Source: Octopus vulgaris (taxonomy: Eukaryota). From it: a stretch of DNA of 64,000 bases. Positions 12,367-25,148 of this stretch are shown in pieces. The notes under the pieces are model-generated. The model was not told where the DNA came from. It made no database searches and worked only from the letters and a program-made list of their open reading frames with translations. The translations under genes were made by a program, and so were the position numbers. The stretch spans positions 37,076,001-37,140,000 of the forward strand of contig OX597824.1 in assembly GCA_951406725.2 (NCBI GenBank), read 5' to 3'. Each line of letters begins with the position of its first letter. Positions within the stretch are counted from its first letter, which is position 1.

Positions 12367-13113
12367 ATTCAGCTATTGGTCTCTGGATGGCAGTTATGTA
12401 TAAGATACCTCAAAGACATCCATTTGGAAGTGTTCTGTGATTAGGATCTTCTAATTAAATATTAAAAATGCAATGGAGAGCAATTCTGAATTCTAAACAA
12501 AATCAATTGTAAAAAGGTCAAAAGGCTTTTGTAACAAATTTTCTCTTTGTGGACACCAAATAAGTAATTCTCAAATGAACACCACTGCAGCTCTTTGTAT
12601 ATGGAGCTACTTACAAAGGCTTGTTCCAAATCATTTCTCATAAATTGTATGGAAACTTCATATGTCTTCTACCATCTGGTCCAAGGGTTCCTAAAATGGT
12701 TCTGCCAGTATTACCCCTCATCATACCCAGCTGTGTTGGTGTACTCTGTGTGGAGAATAGAGAGTAAAACAGATAAATACTCTAGAACAGACAATGAACT
12801 TTTGTGTGTGTGTGTTTGTGTGTATGTGTGTGTGTGTGATTATTTTGAGTTCAAATCTTACAATGCCTACTGTTGCCATTCATCCTTTTGGAATCCATAA
12901 AACACAAAAACACAGAACCATGGATCAATATAATTCACTGTCCCCTCCCATCAACTTTTTGTCCTTGCCCCAGTGCCATAAAATGAATTTGATTTAATTT
13001 GATGTTACATTCCAATGAGATGGATGAGCTTGGCTCTTTCTAACAACTAAATCAGTTCTAGGCACAATTTCAGAGAGAGAGAGACAGAGACAGAGACAGA
13101 GTCAGAGAGACAA

Positions 13114-13161
<48 letters not shown>

Positions 13162-13453
13162 TGACATTATTTTCAATTGGCAGACTTGTATGAAACTTGG
13201 TTTTGGTAATAAACAATGAAGGAAAACCCTTGTTCAACATGAAAACTGGGTGAGAACAGCAAAAGCCCTCCACACATTTTCTAGACACAGATAGGAAAGA
13301 CATGGAACACCAGAATTTTCTTAGAGAAAAAGTTTCAAAAATATCTTTTGTCATGAAGTCATTCATAAATTTCACAACTACATCTGACAGACTAAGAATT
13401 CTGTTATTGATCCTAAAAGGTTTTAACTGATTTGATAATATAATTTATTATTA

Positions 13454-13747
13454 TTACAGAGATGTACTTGCATAGCAAGTGACCTGATCTGAGATCGTGT
13501 GCTGGAACGAAAACAATTGCAGCGTGGAAGGTGTTTATAAATCATTTAAGAAACACACAAAAACTGTTAGATTCACATCAGTATTTAAATTTAATTTGCC
13601 AAAATATTTTCGGCGCTTTTTGTCAGTGAACAGGTCGTGGTCTCAAAGCGACGAAAATATTTTGGCAAATTAAATTTAAATGTTGATGTGAATCTAACAG
13701 TTTTTGTGTGTTTCTTAAATGGCTTATAAACACCTTCCACGCTACAA
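13454..13747. mobile_element. Penelope-like short insertion with ~100-bp inverted arms and 13-bp TSD
   Basis: Arms about 13521-13619 and 13645-13743. TSD TAATTTATTATTA at 13441-13453 and 13748-13760. Hammerhead-like motif at 13620-13668. Confidence 0.8.
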
Positions 13748-14683
13748 TAATTTATTATTAGGAATATAGGAATCTAATTCCTCACATAGCAAAAAAGACT
13801 GTTTCTAGACTAACACTGGTTTTGGTGATTTCTTTTGCTTCCAGCTGCTTTCACTTAAAATGTCCTACCTTCAGTTTTTCATTCCACAGCTCAAATTACA
13901 TCTGGTATAATTTTAATTTATCAACAAAGTCTATAACAGTAATGAGGTTGACTTGAAATTATTCATTGAGTGCATTGAGTAAGAAAGTAAATACCATTCA
14001 GTTAGACTGGTTGTGTTTATCTTCCAGTTCTTATCAAAATATTTATTGGTAAACTTGATAGATTTGTCCTTTCAGTTTCTCAAAAATAATTTTTCCAGTT
14101 TGTCTTTCATCATTGTCACTCTGCCTACCATATTACTGCTTGAAAACCAGTTTAAGTCTATGTAAAACGAAAGTACTTCCAATTCTTAATACAACAAACA
14201 TCCATGTCTTCAAAGAACTAGATCTGACAAAGTTCACCATCCGTACAATATTATCAAAAATGGATTTGAGTTAGAGGCAGTGTTTTCAAACATAATGCAT
14301 ATCTGTAGATATCTATAGTGCATTTTTCTTTATACCAAGGCTAGCATTTATTTGACACTGTTGCCAAGAAACCAGATCTACAACCCAGCTTTGCTGGAAT
14401 TCCACCAGTTGTGTTGTTGACTGCAGTTTTCCAAAAGAAAAAAACCTTCTTTGACAAAGAAACCAGGTACAACTTTATTTATAGCTTCTCTTTTTATTGT
14501 ACTTTTCGAAGGTTGACAAAACAAGAATTCTTTAAAATCATAATCCTTACATGTAGAAGCAGTTAGGAATCAGTTCATTTCTCTACAGATATGTCAAGTA
14601 AGATGGAAAGATATTCACTGAACCGTCTTTGACTTCCAAAATACCTTATTCTTTATATCATCTGACATATCAGTTATCCTTTG

Positions 14684-14985
14684 TTTGTACCTTCTCAAGC
14701 CATGCCTGGCTCATAAGGGCCAGTTTCCCAGTTTCCTTGGCATATAGGTTCCCCACCTGGACGGGACACCGGTCTGTCGCAGGTGAGCTGCAAGATGCAG
14801 GAGGAAAGAGTGAGAGAAAGTTGTAGCAAAAGAGTCAGCAGATGTTTGCCATTACCTTCTGCCAGAGCTGCATGGAGCTTAGGTGTTTCACTCATAAACA
14901 TACACATCACCCGTTCTGAGACTTGAACCTGCAATCCCTCAACCGCAAGTCCGCAGGTCTAACCACTAGGCCATGTGCCTCCACA
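14684..14985 (-). mobile_element. Family-C SINE with 13-bp TSD, inside the hAT fossil
   Basis: TSD CAGTTATCCTTTG at 14671-14683 and 14986-14998. Confidence 0.9.
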
Positions 14986-15565
14986 CAGTTATCCTTTGGT
15001 AAATAATGACATTCAACAATGGCTGTAGACTCAATTTCTTTGCCATATCTTCTATAATTCAGCAAATAACAGAAAAAGAGGATAGCTTCAGTGATTATGA
15101 GAGGTTTTTTTAATTTTTTCAAATCTCAGAACAACCCTGTAGGTGTCAAGTAGGGATCACCCTCATTTTGTTGATGTGACTTCCTTTTCCTCTGTTCAAG
15201 TTGTATAAGAACAATAGCTGAAATAATCAGTTACAGACAAAAGACTCATCAAGTGGAGTGGGGGGAGTTGAATGGGGGCAGGAAATAAAAATGAATGTAA
15301 CGATCACATGTTGATATCTACCTCCAGTAACAGGTCTAAATATTGTCAAAAGTGGAGTATATGTATGTGGATTGCATAAACATATACACACAAGTATTGA
15401 TACATAGACATAGTTACATATGATGCAAGTGTGTTGTTTTCATGGCAGTAGTCATGGTAACTACAGTTGTTGTCACTGGTGAATGGAAATGTATTTCTAG
15501 GACTGCATGAAGAAGTAGTTAACAACACTCACAAACAATTAACAGAAGATTTCATTACTGGCCAT

Positions 15566-16556
15566 GATTACAGGTAAGTTCACTGCCATCAATTCACTGT
15601 GAAGAAAGTTCACCATGAGGAAAGTTCACCAAAAGGAAAGTTTTCTGAGAAAATATATCCATAGTATCTCACCATTAATAGTCAAAAACTATTTTATCGA
15701 AAAAACAAAAACATGTGTAGCGTGCAGCCATTCAAATAGTGGCACCAATTTGTGGCAGCTGGCAATATGACATAATGTCGTATTGCTGAGGAAATATGAT
15801 TGTCGTCTTCTCATTGGTTGAAATAACTGCTCATATAGGAATTCTGAAAATTAGTAAAAGAATATTTTTATGTGATTTCAATTCTTTAGCGTCAAGTTGA
15901 GCAGTTATAAAAACCCTGGATTTTGGGGAAAACTTTAGTGTTTGTGGGATGTTACTAAACTCCATGACATTCACTCTTTGAAATATTGACTATTTTTTAT
16001 GCCATGTCTATGATAAAAATCCAAGAAGACTTATTTGAATTGTTGTGAACTCTAGTAGTTAGTATGAAGGATTAGTTAGTGTGAATTTTAAGTCGTAATT
16101 CTCTATGACAAAATGACTTTACTTTCAAATTGTACTATAAATGCTAAATGTACATAAATAAACTAATGTAGTAATTATTTTCTCTTTCTTCACGTTCTTC
16201 AACTTGTTAATGAAATTTATTTCTGTAATTATGAAACTGTATTTTTATAGTACTTAAAAAAACATGAATTTATTTATCTTCAACATACATGCACACATAA
16301 AATGTCAGTTAGCGTTTCAGAGTATATGTTTCTCACTATGGCGTTTATGTAGCTGGAGTCAGGATTTATGTATAATGATAACACTTGTAAGTAAGTTATA
16401 AGTGACGTGTTTATGAATATATATATTCCTACATCAAAAGTAAAATAAATTTATTATCTATTTCCAAATAGGAAACATAAAAGTAGTGTTACACAAACAG
16501 TAACCAAACCACTAAAGGTGAATTGATGACAGTGAACTTTCCCTTCGGTGACTGCA
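15566..16556. mobile_element. Non-autonomous DNA element with inverted terminal arrays of AAGTTCACC-like repeats
   Basis: Left end TGATTACAGGTAAGTTCACTGCCATCAATTCAC, right end GGTGAATTGATGACAGTGAACTT. The same ends occur at 56926-58034. Confidence 0.6.
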
Positions 16557-17169
16557 CACAATACTTTCTGTGTTGGTCTTTTAACAAATAATAACAGTAA
16601 CAATTACACCTCAGGGGAGACATACTGCTGGGATCTATGACATAAAGAAAGTTAACCAATATAGCAATCTGTGATGGACCTATCACATCTGAAAACTAAT
16701 CATGCTATATTTGAGGCGATGAAAATTTTTGTCTTCTATCTGTCATTGACTGGATGCGGTGATGGGAATGGAGAGGTTGAGTGGCTGCCTCAACATTCTG
16801 TGATTACTACCAAAAATCACCGTTATTTAGGGCACAATTAGAAAGTTCTAAAAATCAAATTGCATGATAGCTTGCTGCTGATTGGTTGCTTAATAAACTA
16901 ATCATGTGAAACAACTGTGGTTTGATTGTGATGTCTACTCAGCTACCTAACAATTCGGTTATGTTCGTTGTGTAAACTTTCAATTCAAATTTAAGCAAGA
17001 ATACAGAATCGTCAGAATCATATTAGAAAGGAATCTCTAATACAATTCCATAAAGACTGAAAGTTCACACTTACTATTTGTATGTCAGGTTTACATGAGA
17101 CACAAGTTGACATTTAGTTGATTGTCTTTACTTCAAGATTTCAGTATTTTTGCAACCATTTACTTAATC

Positions 17170-17396
17170 TTACTCTTTACTCTTTTACTTGTTTCAGTCA
17201 TTTGACTGTGGCCATGCTGGAGCACCACCTTTAGTCAAGCAAATCGACCCCAGGACTTATTCTTTGTAAGCCTAGTACTTGTTCTATTGGTGTCTTTTGC
17301 TGAACCACTAAGTTACGGGGACTTAAATGCACCAGCATCGGTTATCAAGCGATATTGGGGGGACAAACACAGACACACAAACATACACACACACAA

Positions 17397-17451
<55 letters not shown>

Positions 17452-17620
17452 TACGACGGGCTTCTTTTAGTTTCTGTCTACCAAATCCACTCACAAGGCA
17501 TTCGTCGGCCCGAGGCTATAGTAGATGACACTTTGCCCAAGGTGCCATGCAGTGGGACTGAACCCGGAACCATGTGGTTGGTAAGCAAGGTACTTACCAC
17601 GCAGCCACTCTTGTGCCTAT
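17170..17620 (-). mobile_element. Full-length family-B SINE
   Basis: Complete head, internal (TA)n and (CTCTTTTA)n tail. Confidence 0.9.
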
Positions 17621-17784
17621 AATTACGGAAATACCTCTGTAAGTTCTCAAGAAAACCCTAATATTACAACATAACCTGCTTTGAGAATCCCTCATTTAGT
17701 CATTCTTCATTTCTTCTCTGATCAAAACTTATTGGTGGAATCATCATGGTTTTATGGAGATTTTTACACAGAAGAATGGCATAG

Positions 17785-17940
17785 AAGGATCTTCCTCCAG
17801 CACAGTGTTTTACTACTTTTTGTGGTTGTTCTTTTACATTTGTTTTATGAGGTTTTACAATCCAAGATCAGCCTTCACCATCTCTCTTTTTGCATCTTTC
17901 TTGGTCTGCCTCTCCTGTGGATTCCTGAATGCCTCCAACC
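17785..17940 (-). mobile_element. Short RTE ORF C-terminal remnant
   Basis: Minus strand reads RRGRPRK...EMVKADL...VLEE, similar to the end of the RTE ORF near 39550-39680. Confidence 0.5.
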
Positions 17941-18832
17941 ATGACTTCCACATCAACATACAATGAATTAACACAATGATTTAAATGTTAAAGATTAAAT
18001 AATAATGATAAACTTCAAGACTATTAAAGGTCCATGCCATTTAACAATTGAATGACTGTTGGCAATTGCTAATTTCATTATTTTTTATTGGATTTTAGTC
18101 TAATTAAACTCTTGTTGAGTGAAATGTTATTCTTTAATACTGTTCTGATATATTTTCTAAAAATTCTTTGGTTTGGAGTTTGTTTTGTTTTTATACATTC
18201 TCCCCTGAATCTGTTGTAATTAAAAATAAGATTCAAATTTCTCCACTGAGAATTCAAAATCCTCTTCAGGAATAAATAAATAAAAGAAGAAAAGAGTATT
18301 AATGGAATAAATTATATTCCCATTCTCTTTACCAAAGTTTGAATCAAATGGAAATGGATGACTGTTTTACCATCATGCTATTTCTTCAAAAATAAGCAAT
18401 GAATTCAATAAAAATAATAAAACTTAACTTTATAACATAATTAGATTGATCACCCATTGATGGATAGTCCTAATTACAAAACCTTATGATATGGCATAGA
18501 ACTGTTCATAAAACATATCTCCATATCCAAAAGCTAAGCTGCACATATGTTTAGACAGCTTGGCAAGAATACAGGCAGTGAAAGTTGAGATTCTTTAATT
18601 TGTAATGTAAGTCTAATGAAAGGATTATTTTGATATTAGCAAAGGAAACATTGAAAAATTAAGATCGAATGACTACTACAAAAAGAAAAAAGAATATAAA
18701 TAATTTATAAACAACAGAAAATAAATATTTCAGAATTGAAAGCATCAATATAATTGTTAGTTCATTCTCAGACAAAAAATTTGGGGTAGAATATTTGCTG
18801 GTTTCTTTAAAATTTCCTTTTACTTAATTTCT

Positions 18833-18990
18833 AGGAGTGGCTGTGTGGTAAGTAGCTTGCTTATGAACCACATGATTCCGGGTTCAGTCCCACTGTGTGG
18901 CACCTTGGGCAAGTGTCTTCTACTATAGCCTCAGGCCGACCAAAGCCTTGTGAGTGGATTTGGTAGACGGAAACTGAAAGAAGCCTGTCG

Positions 18991-19036
<46 letters not shown>

Positions 19037-19640
19037 GTGTGTATGTATGTTTTGGCGTACCAATCATGAGCAGTTCTTTCAGCTATGGCACCCTCTCCAT
19101 ACATAGTACAAATGTCGCGAGCAGCCTTAGAACCTTGATTAAAAGCAAAAGGAAGGAGGTGTCAAAAATGCTCGTTTTTCTTAACTTGACATTCCATTTT
19201 AATGATCTGAAAATAAACAAAAATTAACTAAAATTAACTAGAAGAAAAAAACAAAGTAGATTCCAAAATGATTCAAAAATAGAATTCTAGAAAAAAATAG
19301 ATTCCAAAATTTAAAAACCCAATAAATTCCAAAACTTAAAACGGCAGGAACTTAGTTACCAACCCAATATACATATGTATGTATGTATGTATATTTATAT
19401 ATCTGTGTGTATGTGTGTGTTTTTGAGGCTGTGTTTGTCTCCCCATTGCAACTTGACAACCAGTGTTGGTGTGTTTACATCCCCATAACTTAGCGGTTTG
19501 GCAAAAGACCAATAGAATATGTACTAGGCTTAAGAAATAAGTCCTGGAATCGATTTGTTTGACTAAGACCATTCAAGGTGATGCTCCAGCATGGCCACAG
19601 TCAAAAGAATGAGGCAAGTAAAAGAATAAAAGAATATAAA
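18833..19640 (+). mobile_element. Family-B SINE split by a mariner fragment
   Basis: Head at 18833-18990, tail at 19400-19640. Confidence 0.85.
19051..19368 (-). mobile_element. Mariner 5' end: TIR plus transposase N-terminus (pseudogene)
   Basis: TIR TTGGGTTGGTAACTAAGTTCCTGCCGTTT on the minus strand. Translation MECQVKKNEHF*HLLPFAFNQGSKAARDICTMYGEGAIAERTAHDWYAK fits a mariner HTH. Confidence 0.85.
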
Positions 19641-19924
19641 AGAGCAAACAACAAAATATGTGTATTTTATGAATTACCGAAATATATGACATCTGATTCA
19701 TGTAAAGTGTTACTTTTAAAGTGACAGGAACAGGATTAGGGAAAGGCATAACACTATCCACAAATGATTTGTATGTCTACTTCTGTATACTCTGTATACG
19801 CTCCTCTTTATGAAGTACAATGATTAAGTTACCAATTTTACTTCAAAAGTGCACAGTAGTTCGTTTTTTGATTTGGTTTGCAAGATTCTTTATATGAGTT
19901 CGTGTGTTGAAGCATATTCTTTTG

Positions 19925-20090
19925 TGTCTGGGGAGAGTCATTTTCTTTTTGTGCCGAGAGTCAAGACTATTGAAAAGGTTGCAAGACGCAATGAAAATTT
20001 TAGGAAAATAAAAATAAGAAATAAGTGGAAATTTTACTTGTGAGTGTTTTACATTATAAGGCACAAAAAGAAAATTACTCTCCCCAGACA
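19925..20090. mobile_element. MITE-like element, 166 bp, with 31-bp terminal inverted repeats
   Basis: TGTCTGGGGAGAGTCATTTTCTTTTTGTGCC ... GGCACAAAAAGAAAATTACTCTCCCCAGACA (1 mismatch). Confidence 0.7.
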
Positions 20091-20569
20091 AAACAGAGCA
20101 CAGTAGTATTTAGCAGAATCTTGTGAGAAGCTGTGGCATGAATGCATTTACCATCTGCAGCACAAACTCGAAGATCCCAACCAGGCATCTTGTTATCAAA
20201 CAGTTAGGAAAGACTAAGAGACATATTGACTGTATTAATAGTCAGGAATATGAAACTAATATCTGGTGATATATGTGTGATAAGAATACAGATTATAGGC
20301 TAATGAGATCAAGGTGAAACCAATGATTGCAGTGAGGAATGCAATAGCAAATAGAAGGAAGGGGCTGGAAGCTATCAGACATTTCTGTCGGAAAATTACT
20401 TCTGCACTGCTCTAACAAATGTTGTGTTAGGACAGATAAATAGATTTAGAGAGATTATGTAATGGAGAGGATAACTGGTAGGTATAATGATAACAAAACA
20501 CTGTGAGCATAAGGTTCATTCCAAGAGAGGCATGATACGGTAATACAATATTGTTGTATATGAGTTCAA

Positions 20570-20576
20570 TGGTGGT

Positions 20577-20639
<63 letters not shown>

Positions 20640-20750
20640 GCTGCTACTGCTGCTGCTGCTGCTACTGCTGCTGCTGCTGATGATGATCACAGCAATGATG
20701 ACAAGAACTATGATGATGATGATGATGATGATGGGTGGGGGAGGAGGAGA
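20570..20750. repeat. Compound trinucleotide microsatellite (GTG/CTG/ATG)
   Basis: Read directly from the sequence. Confidence 0.95.
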
Positions 20751-20873
20751 AGTTTATAAGAGATATGTTATAGAAGTAGGTTTCCTCGGAAATACGTCTT
20801 GTGGATGAACATATTCTTACCAGAAGGAAATTAGACAATAAGAGGTATTTATGGTCTGCAAATGACAGTTGAT

Positions 20874-21140
20874 GTGGAGACGCAATGGCCCAGTGGTTAG
20901 GGCAGCGGATTCGCAGTCGGAAGATCGCGGCTTCGATTCCCAGACCGGGCGTTGTGTGTTTATTGAGCGAAAACACCTAAAGCACCACGAGGCTCCGGCA
21001 GGGTGTGGGTGGCAACCCCTGTTGTACTCTTTTGCCCCCAACTTTCTCTCACTCTCTCTTCCTGTTTCTTGAGTAATGCTGCGATGGACTGGCGTCCCGT
21101 CCAGCTGGGGGGAACACATATGCCCAGGAAGACCTGGGAA
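20874..21140 (+). mobile_element. Family-C-related SINE (variant subfamily)
   Basis: A box TGGCCCAGTGG, B box GCTTCGATTCCC, core CTGCGATGGACTGGCGTCCCGTCCAG. Confidence 0.8.
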
Positions 21141-21469
21141 TATACCGAAAAATGGTGAATGCAGCAATATGTTGCAATGGTGCATGCTTCCCCCCACTAT
21201 ACACACACACACACACCTGGCATGACCTGATCTATACACAGATGTTAAACTAAAATTACTTTGTTTCTAGTAAAACAGCTGTCAAAGTAATGAAGAATAA
21301 AAATCTTGCATTTATAAGAAATAGAAAAGTCAGAGTTGTGTGTGGCCTCAACGAGTGATTAGGAAGCCAGGGCTAGAGGAGAAGTTTGAGGAAAATATTT
21401 GAGATTACTTAAGAGAGATTTTCAAATATGATCAGTTAAAACAAATAACAGCTCGCTAATAAAATTAGT

Positions 21470-22030
21470 GTATTGTTGCATGTATGCGTATGTGTGTGTG
21501 CATTTGTGTATGTGGATGTATATATATGCATGTACCTGTATGTGTGCACATGTAGGTGTGTGTATGTCTATATAGATGCATGTATGTATATGAGTGTGTA
21601 TAAATGTATGTATATGAGTATGTATAGATGTATGTATATGGGTGCATGTAGATGTGTGTGTATGCACATATAGATATATAGATGTGTGTGTATATAGATA
21701 TATAGATGTGTGTGTATGCATATATATATATACATACACATATGTATATATATATGAGTGTGTATGTATATGAGTGTGTATGTATGTAGGTGTGTGTATG
21801 TGGATGTATGTGTGTAGATGTGCATATCGATGCATATAGTATATGAGTGTGTATGTAGATGTGTATATGTGTAGATGCGTATAGATATAGATGCATATAT
21901 GCATATGAGTGTGTGTATATATAGACATGTGTGTATGTGGATGTATGTGTGTAAATGCATGTGTGTGTGTGTGTGTTTGTGTCTATGTCTGTATATTCAT
22001 ATGTGTGTGTATGTACATATATATATGCTT
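21470..22030. repeat. Degenerate (TG/TA)n low-complexity tract
   Basis: About 560 bp of mostly alternating purine-pyrimidine sequence. Confidence 0.9.
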
Positions 22031-22498
22031 GTATTATAATATTTAAGATATGAATATCCAGGTTACTTAAATGTGTTTCTACAGCAAAATTCCCTATTTA
22101 TGTTGTAATATATGTGTAATTAATTAGTTAATTACACAAGAAGGCAATCTAGCAGTAGAAGTAATTAGTTCAGCAAATGAAAGCAGATATGTTTAAAATA
22201 TTTGCAAATAAAATATTTAGGCTTACTGAGTAATTTGGAAGTTTAAACTCAAAAGCACTCATAAAGACAGGCTGGCAGTTGTTTCACTTATTGGATGGTG
22301 GCCAGTCTGGGGCACCCCCTTGAAGCGTTTTAGTCAAACAAATCGGTCTTAATAATTATTTTAAAGTTTGGTATTATTCATTGGTCTTGTTTACTGAACC
22401 ACCAAAATCCCCCACCCCACTCCAAGGTAAGGGGATGTAAAAAACTGACTCTGGTTGTCAAGAGGTGGAGGGGGACTAACAGAAACAAACACAAATAC

Positions 22499-22730
22499 GG
22501 CAAACTGGCAGAAACGTTAGCAAGCTGGGTGAAATGCTTATCGGTATTTCGTCTGCCGTTACGTTCTGAGTTCAAATTCCACCGAGGTCAACTTCGCCTT
22601 TCATCCTTTCAGGATCGATAAATTAAGTACCAGTTATGCACTGGAGTCGATGTAATCAACTTAATCCCTTTGTCTGTCCTTGTTTGTCCCCTCTGTGTTT
22701 AGCCCCTTGTGGGCAATAAAGAAATAAGAA
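22499..22730 (+). mobile_element. Family-A SINE nested in a family-B fragment
   Basis: TSD-like AAACAAACACAAATAC on both sides (about 22483-22498 and 22728-22744). Confidence 0.85.
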
Positions 22731-22799
22731 ACAAACACAAATACACACACACGTGCACATGAGGACCAAGATATGTGGTGCAGTGTTCTACTCAAAAAG

Positions 22800-23040
22800 A
22801 CCCACCAATTACAACAGAATTGAGATCTTAAAACTAAGGTGCCGCATAAAAAGCACTGGTGTCGGTGCTGGTGCCGCATAAAAAGCACTCTGTACACTCT
22901 GTAAAGTGGTTGGCATTAGGAAGGGCATCAAGCTGTAGAAACCAAGCCAAAACAGACTACAGAATCTGGTGCACCCCCAGGCCTTACCAGTTCCTATCAA
23001 GCCATCAACCCATGCCAGCATGGATAACAGACCTTAAATG

Positions 23041-23072
<32 letters not shown>

Positions 23073-23152
23073 TATGATGGATATGGTGGTGGTGGTGGTG
23101 GTGGTGGTTATGGTGGTGGTGGTGGCGGCGGTGGTGATGCTGATGCTGATGC

Positions 23153-23231
<79 letters not shown>

Positions 23232-23278
23232 GGTGGTGATGGTGATGGTGATGGAGATGGTGATGGTGATGATGGTGG

Positions 23279-23310
<32 letters not shown>
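22800..23310 (+). mobile_element. RTE 3' end with its tail expanded into a long (ATG/GTG)n microsatellite
   Basis: GGCATTAGGAAGGGCATCAAGCTGTAGAAAC...CCATGCCAGCATGG is followed by about 270 bp of GAT-type repeat. Confidence 0.8.
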
Positions 23311-24212
23311 GGCATTCTCACAGCTTCCATCTTCAAAATTCCCACAGAAGTTATTGATCAGCCCAGGAACACTGTTCTGGATGCTTACCCAAGGTGTTGC
23401 ACAGTGGGACTGAACCCAAAACCACATGATGACAAAATAAGCTTTCTAACCACCCTGCCATGACTACCCCTATACACAGCCATCAGCAAATTTGATGAGA
23501 ACCAACATTTCTAATCCAGTTTCTTAGCCAAAAGGTAAAAAAAAAATATAAGAATTTTACCCCAAAATCAGTTTACCACATCAAACATGTTTTAAATTAC
23601 TATTCTGTTTTCTTTTGTATTTGTGAGCGCAACGAGTGTGGGAGGGAATATACAAAAACGTCAGGGGGAAAGATTAAAGAATTGATTACAAAGTTATTTT
23701 GGAATATAGCTTCTTTATTCTCTGTGGATACTAGGTTACTAAAAAACATGCTACTCTGTGCAAATAACAATAATAATATTAATAACAACAACAACAACAA
23801 TAATACTAATACTGGTGGTGGTGGTGGCAATGGTGATGGTGAGGATGATGATGATGATGATGATGATGACTCACAAGGCTTTGGTCGGCCCGAGACTATA
23901 GTAGAAGACACTTGCCCAATGTGCCACGCAGTTGGAGTGAACCCAGAACCATGTGGTTCGTAAGCAAGCTACTTACCACACAGCCACTCCTATGCCTATG
24001 TAGATGAGGTCAGAACGGTACTGGAGGAGTATTTTTCATCACAGACAAGTGAGTGAATTATGGAAGAGGGGTCTTTCAAGTCAACCAGATAGATGGAAGA
24101 GCATTGTGGAAAATGAGGGAGAGTATATTTTAGATTAAAAAAGAACTTTGTTTATTTTAATTTTAGAAAATAAAAGAAGTTTAAAAAAAAACACATTATT
24201 TATGGGATGACC

Positions 24213-24235
24213 CAATAATAATAATAATAATAATA

Positions 24236-24269
<34 letters not shown>

Positions 24270-24300
24270 CGACGACGACGACGACGACAACAACAACAGC

Positions 24301-24334
<34 letters not shown>

Positions 24335-24348
24335 GCAACAACAACAAC

Positions 24349-24403
<55 letters not shown>

Positions 24404-24410
24404 TAATAAA
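24213..24410. repeat. Compound trinucleotide microsatellite AAT-GAT-GAC-AAC-AAT
   Basis: Read directly from the sequence. Confidence 0.95.
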
Positions 24411-24829
24411 AGTGCAGCATTTTCAAGTAATCTTTATGAAAATCTGCTGTGTTTTACATTATAAAACATTTTTTACCATCAAAATATTTTCTTTTTCTTT
24501 TTATCCTTCTGAATCTATTGAAATACTGTTCTTGAAATGTGCTGAGAATATTTCTGCCAAAAATATTAGTTGATGTTTGTTGATAACCCAGTAAAACATG
24601 CAGTAATCACGTCTGAATACCGTAATTTTAATAAAACATGTCTGAATATTTAATTAAATTATTACATCATAAACTTTGCTTTTAGAATATTATATTTTAA
24701 TTGCTTTATACGAAATGCATGGAAATGCCATTCAGTTTAATAAGTAGATATATTTCTAAAAGATCTCGTGTTCTTTACTGAACTTAGGCCATGTTTTAAC
24801 GAAATCAAATCATTAACAGGCATGCTGTG

Positions 24830-24906
<77 letters not shown>

Positions 24907-25148
24907 GTGTGCGTGTTTATGCGTGGGTGTGTGTGTGCATGTGTGTGCGTGTTTATGCGTGGGTGTGTGAGAGAATTCTTTACAAGCCTTGCTTTAACAC
25001 ACTCCTAGCAGCAAAAGGATCATGATAAACCCTGATTCTACTCCAGCTGGGACCTGGTCAACTTCACTGCAGTGAGAGAATAAATACTTTTTCCCTTACA
25101 TTTTATTAATTTTGGTCAACATCCAAAATAAATGATGTAGCTATCGGG

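Larger units (their letters stand above)
13010..15130 (-). mobile_element. Decayed hAT (Buster/Charlie-type) transposase, interrupted by three insertions
   Basis: Minus-strand fragments in the expected order: KKPLIITEAIL, RYALCLKTLP, IFDNIVRMVNFVRSSSL, NWFSS, FSLRKFW..NKGFPSL..TKTKF (dimerisation domain), and C-terminal QAHPSH. Confidence 0.8.

Noticed and set aside
20874-20950. tRNA gene-like sequences at SINE heads (also 3553, 57523 and 58885)
   Set aside because: They have A and B boxes but continue into SINE bodies, and I could not form a full cloverleaf.
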